Source of the DNA: a virus
Lineage: Duplodnaviria > Heunggongvirae > Uroviricota > Caudoviricetes
Length of the DNA stretch: 46,150 nt
Direction: 5' to 3' (one strand)
IMG/VR virus record: IMGVR_UViG_2695420763_000017
Coordinates: 1-46,150 of that record
The notes below the pieces were generated by a model. The model was not told the origin of the DNA. It ran no database searches and saw only the letters and a program-made list of their open reading frames with translations. Of the stretch, positions 28,118-36,755 are shown piece after piece. Made by a program: the position numbers and the translations under genes. How positions within the stretch are numbered: the first letter of the stretch is position 1; each line of letters begins with the position of its first letter.

Positions 28118-29671
28118 ATGGGTATTGAAAGTGAATTGATAGAATTCCTTGAGCGCAGCGTCAAAGATGGTGCGAATAAGGCTAGGGATATTGAAATTGT
28201 AAAATTCTACTATGGTCTAAATGACTCGCCTTGGCCCACATTAGATGAAACTGCAAGCCGATTTGGTGTTGGTACCAGAGAAAGAATTAGGCAGTTACTA
28301 AATTTCAAATTCCGAAATAATGTCAGCAAAAACTCTATTCCATCGCTAGGCAAAGTTATTAAAGTTTTGCAGTCCAGAGAATATTGGTTGCTCTCAGAGT
28401 TTGAAGAAGAAACTTATAATGCGGGGCTGGTCGAGAAGGAAAGCCACTTAAAGGGAATATTTAATTTAATTGAGGATGTCAACCTTGATTGTGGGTTCGA
28501 TTTTTACACTCCGGAGTTAAAGCGAGCCACGAGAAACTCGATTGTAACTAGTAAGAATATATTCTTGATCAGGAATTCTGCTATCAAGAACGTTGAAAAG
28601 TTGCTCAAAAAAGCAAAAATTCTCCCGGGACGCTGCGGTATTGCAAATTTAAATTATCTAAAAGAAGAGATGGGTCAGTACTATTCGCTCGTTTCATTGT
28701 TAATTGCAAATGCGCCTACGTCTTGGGTTAGAGTGATTGACGATAATTACTGGTATGTTTTTGAGAATAGAGATAACACCATTATCAACTACAGCGAAAA
28801 GGTTTTTGGTGTTTTTGAAAACTGTGATCCATCTAGATTGGCAGAGACATATAGAAATGCCCTTAATGGAAGGAGTAATAAGTACCCGTATCCACCAGCA
28901 GAAGTTATCGATGACTATTTAAGAAGTTCTATCTATATGATTAATACGCATTCTGGACTAAAATTCATCGGTGAAAAAAACAAGCTTAATGAGATCGAAA
29001 AAGATTTAATATCTTTTTTGGACTCTTCCGGAAGCGTCTCATTTTCAACGCTTTATAAATATTTGTTGCAAAAAGGTTATGGGAAGCCGCATATATTAAA
29101 AACTACGAATTTTTCACCATTAGTATATGTAGATAAGACCAAAGGTAGAAAACATTATATGTATAGCTTAGTTGGTCATCGAATTTCTGCACATAATAAC
29201 ACCTCAGAGATGGATAAATATGAAATTTATCTTCGTAGATTAAGAGCTCTTCTCGATGTTGGAACGGATGAGACAAGAGAGCAGAAAGCTAGAAAAGAGC
29301 AGCATATTTTACAAGAGTGGCTTTTTAAGGATAAAACGCATGAGACCTGCGCTATCTGCGGAAAAGAGTTCAGCGTAAAAACGTTAGTAACGGCACATAA
29401 AAAGCCGAGATCAGACTGCAATGATGCAGAACGCTTAGATCCATATATTGTAATGCCAGTGTGTTTGATGGGGTGCGATTATCTTTACGAAAATATGTAT
29501 ATCTATATTGACGGTACTGAAATTAAACGTGGTCTGACGTTATCGAACGCAAGGAGTGAATCAAGAGTCATTGATGACCTTGTTGGGCGAAAAGTTGAAC
29601 CAAAATGGCTTTTAGGAAATCAGTCTTATTTTCGTTCGCCTAACAAAGAATTGCAGCGGATAAGTCGCTGA
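28118..29671 (+). CDS. HTH (sigma-70 region-4-like) plus C-terminal HNH-like nuclease protein, unknown function
   Basis: AAGGAG RBS; N-terminal LDETASRFGVGTRERIRQLL; C-terminal CAICGKEF...TAHKKPRSDCNDAERLD...PVCLMGCD (about residues 410-455); AT-rich. Confidence 0.75.
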   Translation: MGIESELIEFLERSVKDGANKARDIEIVKFYYGLNDSPWPTLDETASRFGVGTRERIRQLLNFKFRNNVSKNSIPSLGKVIKVLQSREYWLLSEFEEETYNAGLVEKESHLKGIFNLIEDVNLDCGFDFYTPELKRATRNSIVTSKNIFLIRNSAIKNVEKLLKKAKILPGRCGIANLNYLKEEMGQYYSLVSLLIANAPTSWVRVIDDNYWYVFENRDNTIINYSEKVFGVFENCDPSRLAETYRNALNGRSNKYPYPPAEVIDDYLRSSIYMINTHSGLKFIGEKNKLNEIEKDLISFLDSSGSVSFSTLYKYLLQKGYGKPHILKTTNFSPLVYVDKTKGRKHYMYSLVGHRISAHNNTSEMDKYEIYLRRLRALLDVGTDETREQKARKEQHILQEWLFKDKTHETCAICGKEFSVKTLVTAHKKPRSDCNDAERLDPYIVMPVCLMGCDYLYENMYIYIDGTEIKRGLTLSNARSESRVIDDLVGRKVEPKWLLGNQSYFRSPNKELQRISR

Positions 29672-29758
29672 AGACGGTGTTATGTTGAGACTGCTAACTT
29701 CCTGTTTTTGTTGGTGTTGTCCTAACACTGTCTAATCATGATTGGTGGGCTGGCGGGA

Positions 29759-29940
29759 GTTGAAACCGCAGACACGTCGTATGCAAGAACGTGCTGCGGT
29801 TGGCTGGTCAGCTTCTGATAGTGAGAATATTGAATGATTTCAAGCTGTTATCGATTTTACGTATTTTTTGCATGAAAAGATTAGCACCTCATCCCACCGC
29901 TCCTCCATGATTTTACACCACTGTCTCTAGAGCTCTGTGT
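29759..29940 (+). repeat. leader element copy B (paralogous to 27705-27890)
   Basis: Colinear similarity to copy A including inverted repeat GCAGACACGT-N12-ACGTGCTGC. Confidence 0.55.
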
Positions 29941-30060
29941 GCCAGAAGCGGAAGTTCATACCTCTAAGTGGATATTTTGTTAAAATATGCCATCAAAATC
30001 CTTGCTACCTCATGGTTGACAGTGATAAAAGTTGCACAAATTACTGAGAGAGAAATTACA

Positions 30061-30498
30061 ATGAGTGGAGATACCTCTGAGTTTCCTAATAAACTTCCCA
30101 GAAAGCCAATTGGTTGGCGTGAAGAATATAGTGATTTTACAGGTAGTATTATATTCTATATGATATTCCCGTTGCTTCCATTACTTTTTGAGTCAATTAA
30201 CACAGGAACTCACCCTACAATACAATCATTAACAATTACTGCATCAATATACTCTTTTTCCATCGGTGTATCTTCTCGAGATAAAGCTATTTTTTGCTTA
30301 GGGATTTTTTGTGGTTTCATTCTCGCTTATCTTTACGGTAAAGTTAGTGAGCCAAAAGTTATTATATATACCTGGTACTATGTAGTTACGGTGATACTAC
30401 TGGCTGTAATATTTATATTTCATCTTCTCGAACGATTTAATAAACACGTGGTAGAATGTGAGCCTGTTTTCTCCTTTAAGTTTACGAGAGGTATGTAA
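30061..30498 (+). CDS. small polytopic membrane protein (about 4 TM)
   Basis: GAGAGAG RBS then ATG 30061 (ORF track extends to 29968); hydrophobic helices throughout. Confidence 0.55.
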   Translation: MSGDTSEFPNKLPRKPIGWREEYSDFTGSIIFYMIFPLLPLLFESINTGTHPTIQSLTITASIYSFSIGVSSRDKAIFCLGIFCGFILAYLYGKVSEPKVIIYTWYYVVTVILLAVIFIFHLLERFNKHVVECEPVFSFKFTRGM

Positions 30499-30965
30499 TG
30501 GAGGATATTATATTTATGTATGCTGGGTTGATAGTGTCTTCTTTAGCGGCAATTGTAGGCTTAGCTACATCTATCATGCATACTCGTAAAAAAGTTAAAG
30601 CTAATGAAGAGCTTGCAACTGAAATGGCAAAGAGCTTTAGTGAGCTTGAATCTATCAATAAAAGCATAGGGGATTTGGAAGCGACAATTAAAAGGATAGA
30701 TGAAGATGAATTAAAGTTAAGAATAGCAATTGAATCTTTAAAGGAAATGATTTCTGATGAAAAAAAAGAATCTAGGGATATGTTGAAAACCATCGTTAAT
30801 GATGAGGTGTTCATTAAAGTTCTTCTCGAAAGCTATAAAAAACTGGATACCCAGTCAAAGAAGGAGATTTATTTGACTTTTTCCAAGTCGACAGATAGAG
30901 GCCTTTATCGATATATAAAAAGAATAGCTTCATCAGTACTCGATAACTTAATGGTTAAAATATAA
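30498..30965 (+). CDS. membrane-anchored coiled-coil protein
   Basis: N-terminal TM helix (AGLIVSSLAAIVGLATSIM) then charged heptad-like region; start overlaps upstream stop (ATGTAATGG). Confidence 0.6.
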   Translation: MEDIIFMYAGLIVSSLAAIVGLATSIMHTRKKVKANEELATEMAKSFSELESINKSIGDLEATIKRIDEDELKLRIAIESLKEMISDEKKESRDMLKTIVNDEVFIKVLLESYKKLDTQSKKEIYLTFSKSTDRGLYRYIKRIASSVLDNLMVKI

Positions 30966-31520
30966 ATGCGTGCGCGCGAGATACAATTTCTCGCGCATTG
31001 TGTAACCGGCGACAAAACCCTGTTATCATTATAGCGACCCGTTTAGATGGGCTATTTGTGCCCCAACAGCTTCTGGGTATAGATTTCCTCGGCCCTGTAT
31101 AGATACTTTGCTAAAGAGTATTTTAATGGGATTTTGCTTACGTACCATTCTTCTAACGAATGTCTGCCTTATCCTGTGAGCTGCCTTCGCTCAGCATTGG
31201 CCTGTTTCTCGTTGATTTATATACTGCGACACTAACATAGGCGGATATGTCCGCTCCTCGCTCATAACAGACATTCACTACAGTTATGGCAGAAAGGTAT
31301 GCATGCTGGGTGGGGAAAGTATGAAGGAAAAGAAAACTGCTGCGCTGTTTGTCGTCACGTTTATCTTCATTGGCTATGCAAGTCATAATACAAGGTGGGA
31401 CAAAACTGAGACACATAAGGCCTCACAATGGCTTGCAAGGCTTTACATGTTTTGATGTGGTGGGACGTGTGAGCGCAGTGTTGATGGGGTAATGCTTTGA
31501 ATTAGAAGCGGATTCTTATA

Positions 31521-31566
31521 ATTCGTAATGCGAAGGTCGTAGGTTCGACTCCTATTATCGGCGCCA
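31521..31566 (+). other. att core: 46-nt copy of the 3' half of tRNA-Thr(CGU) (thrW-like), not an intact tRNA
   Basis: ATTCGTAATGCGAAGGTCGTAGGTTCGACTCCTATTATCGGCGCCA matches anticodon loop (CGT), variable loop, T-arm and acceptor 3' strand of enterobacterial tRNA-Thr from memory; no 5' half or D-arm upstream. Confidence 0.75.
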
Positions 31567-31732
31567 TTCTAATGTCTCCCCAAGTCTACTCAAGTATTTA
31601 AAAACCTCTTATAATCCGCATGTTAGCGCCCCTTTTAGTCTTTTGACGTCTACTTAAGTACTCCAAAATCTACAGTCAATTGGGGGTACTTTTGGGGGTA
31701 TTTGCTGTTCGGTTTAGTGGAGGTACCCCCAA

Positions 31733-32947
31733 GTGAAACTCAATGCCCGTCAAATAGACACTGCCAAGCCAAAAGAGAAGGCTTACAAGCTGGCTGATGG
31801 TGGTGGTCTGTATCTCTTGGTAAAACCTAGTGGAGGAAAATATTGGCGCTTCAAGTATCGTGTAGCTGGTAAAGAGAAGCTGTTAGCACTAGGTGTGTAT
31901 CCTGAAGTTACCTTGGCTGATGCTCGTGCAAAACGTGAAGAAGCTAAAAGGGGTATCGCTGGGGGTATCGATCCGATGGAAGCGAAACGAGAGGAAAAGA
32001 TTGCCCGGGAAACGCAGTTAAACAACACCTTCAAAGATATTGCCCTTGAGTGGCACAGCAGCAAATTAAAAAAATGGTCTGCTGGTTATGCTTCAGACAT
32101 CCTCGAAGCCTTCAACAAAGATGTGTTCCCTTACATTGGCAAAAAACCAATCGCCGAAATCAAACTACTTGAACTGCTGAATGTGCTGCGGCGCATCGAG
32201 GGGCGCGGTGCTACCGAAAAAGCCAAAAAAGTGAGGCAGCGATGTGGGGAAGTTTTCCGCTATGCAATTGTCACTGGACGTGCTGAGTATAACCCTGCAC
32301 CGGATCTCACCAGCGCGATGCAAGGTCATGAATCTAATCATTATCCTTTCCTCACAGCCAAAGAATTACCTGATTTTTTCAAGGCATTGTCCAGTTACTC
32401 AGGAAGTGCATTGGTTGTTATGGCGGCTCGTTTACTGATTATCACCGGTTTGCGGACTGGCGAACTGCGCGGTGCATTATGGGATGAAATCGATCTCAAC
32501 AAGGCTATCTGGGAGATACCTGCTTCACGGATGAAAATGCGTCGCCCTCATGTAGTGCCTTTGTCTGAGCAGGCTCTTTCGCTTATTGGGCAGATTAAAG
32601 AACTAACTGGCAATTATCCGCTTATGTTTCCCGGCCGTAATGATCCAAGGAAAACAATGAGCGAGGCTAGCATAAACCAAGTATTTAAACGCATCGGCTA
32701 TAACGGAAAGGTTACTGGTCATGGCTTCCGGCACACTATGAGCACCATTTTGCATGAGCAGGGCTATAACACCGCGTGGATAGAGACACAGCTTGCGCAC
32801 GTCGATAAAAACTCAATTCGTGGCACATACAACCATGCGCAATATCTGGATGGGCGGCGGGAAATGCTTCAGTGGTACGCTGATTATATGGATTCGCTCG
32901 AGCATGGCGGAAATGTGGTGCATGGTGAGTTCGGAAAATGCGGGTGA
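31733..32947 (+). CDS. int: tyrosine integrase, P4 family
   Basis: GTG 31733 with GGAGG RBS; N-terminal arm-binding motif GGLYLLVKPSGGKYWRFKYR; catalytic region with HGFRHT and terminal tyrosine region; immediately downstream of the att core. Confidence 0.95.
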   Translation: MKLNARQIDTAKPKEKAYKLADGGGLYLLVKPSGGKYWRFKYRVAGKEKLLALGVYPEVTLADARAKREEAKRGIAGGIDPMEAKREEKIARETQLNNTFKDIALEWHSSKLKKWSAGYASDILEAFNKDVFPYIGKKPIAEIKLLELLNVLRRIEGRGATEKAKKVRQRCGEVFRYAIVTGRAEYNPAPDLTSAMQGHESNHYPFLTAKELPDFFKALSSYSGSALVVMAARLLIITGLRTGELRGALWDEIDLNKAIWEIPASRMKMRRPHVVPLSEQALSLIGQIKELTGNYPLMFPGRNDPRKTMSEASINQVFKRIGYNGKVTGHGFRHTMSTILHEQGYNTAWIETQLAHVDKNSIRGTYNHAQYLDGRREMLQWYADYMDSLEHGGNVVHGEFGKCG

Positions 32948-33075
32948 CTGGTTGAGTATACAGTAGTAGACTTTGAGCGACGAAAGAAAAGGCTGTGTCT
33001 AGGGTCGCTCCCGAAAATCCGTACACCTCGACGGACTGGTACAGCCACTACAGTAGAGGACGCTGAGGTGTGCGT

Positions 33076-33873
33076 ATGATTGATATTCATGCCGAATTAA
33101 ACGAATACAAAAAAGATTTTATTTCTTTACGTGAATTTCTTGAGGTCGTGCTTAAGGTCGCTGGTGATGATTATGATGTTTCAGATGTCATAACTTGGAT
33201 ACTCAGGAGAATAAGCGGAGAACATATCCGCCTGTACACAGTAAATGAATTTAAGCTGTTGGAATCTTTTTGTAACCCGTATCGGGATGAATTTGATAAT
33301 GATGTTCTTTATAGAAATCTGAATGCGGTTCGGAAACGTGGTTGTTTACCTGGTGAGAGGGATGAAAATGGTTTTCTGGTGTCCGGTTATTGGGAAGATC
33401 CCGAATTTGAGAACATTGGATTTATAAGGGGTGAAATTTTCGCAATTTTTCCCGATGTCCTTGACGCGTTAACGAAGCTGGAAGGCGCTAACTCTTCTGA
33501 AAATGACGAGGCACAAGGACGCGATATTGAAAAGAAAGAGTTGCGTACAGAGGATGATTTATTATCCCAAATCGCAATGCTGGAAAAAGAAAACGCAGAG
33601 TTAAGGGCAAGGATAGAGCAGTTAGAGCAAGAGCGCCCGATACACTTATATAAATACTGGGATAAAGACCCATTAGCTAAGGCTATTGAGATTAGAAACA
33701 GAGAGTGGGCCAATTACGATCCAGAAAATGATTTTGCCACCAGGGGAAATCAAGAAGCGATAACCAGGGAGCTTAAGCAGTGGGGGGCAAGTAATGCACT
33801 TGCAACGCTCATAGAGAGGACTGCCTGCCCTATTAACCGAGACAACAGCCAAAAGAACGCAAAGCCGGATTAA
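33076..33873 (+). CDS. hypothetical acidic coiled-coil protein (cargo next to int)
   Basis: GAGG RBS then ATG 33076; central EKENAELRARIEQLEQE coiled coil; unrecognised. Confidence 0.6.
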   Translation: MIDIHAELNEYKKDFISLREFLEVVLKVAGDDYDVSDVITWILRRISGEHIRLYTVNEFKLLESFCNPYRDEFDNDVLYRNLNAVRKRGCLPGERDENGFLVSGYWEDPEFENIGFIRGEIFAIFPDVLDALTKLEGANSSENDEAQGRDIEKKELRTEDDLLSQIAMLEKENAELRARIEQLEQERPIHLYKYWDKDPLAKAIEIRNREWANYDPENDFATRGNQEAITRELKQWGASNALATLIERTACPINRDNSQKNAKPD

Positions 33874-33888
33874 CGCACCATACCGCAT

Positions 33889-34034
33889 ACCCTGAGGGTG
33901 ATTTACTGTTACCCTGAGGGTATTTTTTTATCTTCCCCGTCAATTTTACCATCACCCTTAGGGTAGATTTCCTCCCGATTACCATCACCCTTAGGGTAGA
34001 TTTCCTTCCGGTAACCATTAGGCCTGAGGGTATG
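33889..34034. promoter_or_regulatory. array of five palindromic sites ACCCT(G/T)AGGGT (putative operator)
   Basis: Sites at 33889-33899, 33911-33921, 33955-33965, 33988-33998 and a variant near 34023; two lie in a 26-bp direct repeat ACCATCACCCTTAGGGTAGATTTCCT. Confidence 0.5.
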
Positions 34035-34100
34035 AAAATATTCGTTATTTCTGTGCCATGATTACCTCGTCAAATTGAGTAGACGTTATGAGGTAAATAT

Positions 34101-34298
34101 ATGTCAAATACGCTTATTCGTTTAACAGAAGTTCAGCGTAGAACTGGATATAGCAAGGCATGGATTTATCGCCTTATGGGGCAAGGTAAATTTCCTGCAT
34201 CAGTTAAAATTGGCTCGCGAGCTATTGCTTTCGTTGAGAGTGAAATTGACGAGTGGATTAATCAGCGTATTGCGGAATCACGCGGAACAGCTACCTGA
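34101..34298 (+). CDS. alpA: AlpA-family transcriptional regulator / excisionase-like protein
   Basis: GAGG RBS; LIRLTEVQRRTGYSKAWIYRLMGQGKFPASVKIGSRAIAFVESEIDEWI matches the AlpA HTH family. Confidence 0.85.
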   Translation: MSNTLIRLTEVQRRTGYSKAWIYRLMGQGKFPASVKIGSRAIAFVESEIDEWINQRIAESRGTAT

Positions 34299-34375
34299 TT
34301 AAATGGCTACGGGGCTATTGCCCCCAGCTATCCACCAGCAAATAAAAGTAACTTAATTCGATAGCAGGAGTTTTT

Positions 34376-35176
34376 ATGAAATTTCCAAAAACGCCCGTAC
34401 AGGGGCGGGGCTTCGTTCGGCCTGAAAACCAGAATCTGCAAAATTTCGGCGAAATTATCCCGATTATTTCCGGCGTTATTGGCGGGAGTGAAACCACTAT
34501 TGTTAGCGCCAGAGCGTTACATAAGGCGTTAGGTGTAGGGCGCGTTTTCCGTTCGTGGATCAAGGGGCGCATTGAAGAATATGGGTTCACGGAAGGCGTG
34601 GATTATGAGGTTGTTGAATATTTGAGCCGACCCGATCCGGTGAGCGCAAAATCTCGCCAGCAAACCGCTCTTGAGTACATCATCACAGTGAACATGGCGA
34701 AAGAACTGGCGATGGTCGAACGTACCGAACAGGGCCGCGCCGTTCGCCAGTACTTTATCAAATGCGAGGAGGAGCTACACAAGGTTGCGCCTGTTCGTTC
34801 CGCAGCGTTACGCCGGGAACTGAAAGCCCGTATCACAGTTGCCAGCTACTTTAAGCCAATGTGTGCCGCGCTGGAGGCGTACCGGGCTGAACTGGGTAAA
34901 AACACACTCCAGCACCACTACACCACGGAAGCGAACATGCTGGCGCGTATCGTGCTGGGTGGCATGACTGCAAAACAGTGGGCACTGGCGAACGGCATTA
35001 CAGGCGAACCACGCGACCACATGAGTACGTTGCAGCTTGAGCACCTTTCTTACCTTGAGCAGAGCAATATCACGCTGATTGAGTTAGGCCAGGACTACCA
35101 CCAGCGGAAGGCTGAATTAATTCGTCTTTCGCAGCGTTGGTTAGCCCGTCGCATGGAGGAAAACAGCCATGTGTAA
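34376..35176 (+). CDS. phage antirepressor-like / regulatory protein
   Basis: AGGAG RBS; 266 aa; N-terminal domain resembles antirepressor/Rha-type regulators (inference from memory). Confidence 0.55.
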   Translation: MKFPKTPVQGRGFVRPENQNLQNFGEIIPIISGVIGGSETTIVSARALHKALGVGRVFRSWIKGRIEEYGFTEGVDYEVVEYLSRPDPVSAKSRQQTALEYIITVNMAKELAMVERTEQGRAVRQYFIKCEEELHKVAPVRSAALRRELKARITVASYFKPMCAALEAYRAELGKNTLQHHYTTEANMLARIVLGGMTAKQWALANGITGEPRDHMSTLQLEHLSYLEQSNITLIELGQDYHQRKAELIRLSQRWLARRMEENSHV

Positions 35177-35635
35177 CGCTCTGACCGTTACAAAAAGAGA
35201 AAGCGCCCCGTTGCCGGAGCGCCTTTGTGAACGAATAGCCTACTGCGCCATATTGCTTACTGTCTACGAGGCAGATTATAGCGTTGTGGTCGCACAGAGT
35301 GAAGGCGCTGATCACCGTTACTACAGCACGCCAGAAATGCAGAATATTTTGCTGCAAAATGTCGTTGGTCACACTGTCCGGAAAGCAAAAAATTTTGCTG
35401 GTGGCGCGACTGATGCGATTTTGTCAGGTCGCCAGGTGCTGATCAATCTGATGTCTGATTTCGTTCTGGATAAAACAAAGGCGACCGCAGAGGGCCGCCA
35501 GTGGGAAAGCTACATACCTGAACGCATCGCCAACAATGCCAGATTTACGGCTGGTGGGCAATGTGTCAGCTTTGCACCAATGACTCTATGTTTAACTGAG
35601 GGTCATTATGGTGAATATGCTGGCTTGCTGGTGGG

Positions 35636-35836
35636 CTATTCCTGCTCTTTAACATTGCCATGCCGCGATGTTTTCCAGGTATGCGACCCCATTTTTGTGC
35701 GCCTGTACTCTTTAAGGAATTTCTCAAGGACAAACGCACAGGGCGCGAATCTGTCTGACTCATGCTCGTACGCTATCTTTCTGCGCTGTCTTTTCCGTGC
35801 CGGTGATGGTGTATTGGTTGATTCTTTGTTGGTCAT
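35636..35836 (-). CDS. small hypothetical basic protein
   Basis: Minus-strand ORF downstream of the RHH gene; ends in the same ...KEQE-stop and shared 17-bp DNA repeat; could be non-coding. Confidence 0.3.
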   Translation of the reverse strand: MTNKESTNTPSPARKRQRRKIAYEHESDRFAPCAFVLEKFLKEYRRTKMGSHTWKTSRHGNVKEQE

Positions 35837-35893
35837 GGCGCTGCCCTGTAAAATAATGCACCGTAGTTCCTCACACCACGGCACCTATAGTGG

Positions 35894-36199
35894 TTATTCC
35901 TGCTCTTTAGCTTTGCGCCGCTGGAGTTCTTCACGCGCGACGGTGACGAGTTGCCCGATTTCCTCGGCAGCTTTGACTCCGATTTTTTCCACCTGCGCTA
36001 GGGCATCGAGCGAAGAAACCAGGGGATTTTCTCCGCTTCCTTCTGCCTGGCGGCGGGCGATTTCACCGCGAACGGCTGTAATCACGAAAGCGGCTATTGT
36101 TTCCCCTTCCGTTTTCGAATTTTCCATTTCCTCGATTACATCATGGGGGAAGCGGATATTTTTCATTTGCGATCTGCTGTTGATGTTTCCTGTTGCCAT
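35894..36199 (-). CDS. Arc/MetJ-type ribbon-helix-helix repressor-like protein
   Basis: KNIRFPHDVIEEMENSKTEGETIAAFVITAVRGEIARR fits a beta-strand plus two-helix RHH fold; transcribed leftward from the divergent region (alternative start 36166). Confidence 0.55.
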   Translation of the reverse strand: MATGNINSRSQMKNIRFPHDVIEEMENSKTEGETIAAFVITAVRGEIARRQAEGSGENPLVSSLDALAQVEKIGVKAAEEIGQLVTVAREELQRRKAKEQE

Positions 36200-36261
36200 C
36201 AGAATGTCCGGTTATTTTGAGGTGTGTACACATTACACCAAAAGGTGTGTTGATAAAACAC

Positions 36262-36291
36262 TTGACACTGTAGCACACTTAAATTTAATTT
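36262..36291 (+). promoter_or_regulatory. putative rightward early promoter within divergent operator region
   Basis: TTGACA (36262-36267), 17-18 nt spacer, TTAATT/TAATTT; flanked by GTGTACAC-type palindromes. Confidence 0.3.
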
Positions 36292-36389
36292 GTATACACA
36301 CCAATTGTTGTGGTGTATATACAGCAACGCCCCGCAGTGGTGGCACACATGCAGGGCGTCTAACCAAACCGTTAAACGAGGTAACGATT

Positions 36390-36755
36390 ATGGCTGGAAC
36401 ACAGCATACCCAAACTCACCCTAAATTTATATACACCTTCCTGGCGGTGCACCGTGATTGCATTGCTGACGGTAAAAACACTGTACACGTAGCCGCCGAT
36501 ACGCTGGTTGATGCCTGCGAGATGCTCAATGACATGGGCTATATCTCGGCAACATGGAAAGGGCGCGAAGAAAACACGCTGTTTATTCAGAAATGCGAAA
36601 ACAATTTTATCTGGCGTTTTATCGCCCTGAGTACGGCACAACCGCGCGTGATTCACATCGAGGCCACCAGCGAACAGGAAGCACGCCAGCAATCTCCTGA
36701 TGGCTGCGTGATGGTATTCGCTGCCCGTATTCGCCAGGAGGTGGAGCATGTGTAA
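36390..36755 (+). CDS. hypothetical protein, first gene of rightward operon
   Basis: GAGG RBS 8 nt upstream of ATG 36390; 121 aa; in-frame distal part of the long 35169-36755 open frame. Confidence 0.6.
   Translation: MAGTQHTQTHPKFIYTFLAVHRDCIADGKNTVHVAADTLVDACEMLNDMGYISATWKGREENTLFIQKCENNFIWRFIALSTAQPRVIHIEATSEQEARQQSPDGCVMVFAARIRQEVEHV

Noticed and set aside
26213-30965. Gtr-type (gtrA/gtrB/gtr-specific) serotype-conversion cassette
   Set aside because: No small flippase-like or bactoprenol glucosyltransferase-like ORFs; the cargo is an acyltransferase/hydratase pair and unrelated genes.
30967-31000. Terminator after the coiled-coil gene
   Set aside because: An 8-bp palindrome TGCGCGAG...CTCGCGCA is present but has no following T-tract, so not called as an intrinsic terminator.
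31153-31416. 87-aa minus-strand ORF just left of the att core
   Set aside because: Cys-rich, no RBS, sits in the att-flanking non-coding region; a 44-aa plus-strand ORF (31321-31455) is also possible but unsupported.
31490-31566. Intact tRNA-Thr gene
   Set aside because: Only the 3' 46 nt match; the upstream sequence cannot form the acceptor 5' strand or D-arm, so this is an att-site partial copy.
35169-36755. 528-aa open reading frame on the plus strand
   Set aside because: The middle 800 nt translate to a Ser/Cys/Arg-rich low-complexity sequence and run antisense to two plausible minus-strand genes; only the start (coupled to the antirepressor stop) and the last 121 codons (own RBS at 36378) look like real coding sequence. 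Treated as two possible short genes, not one protein.
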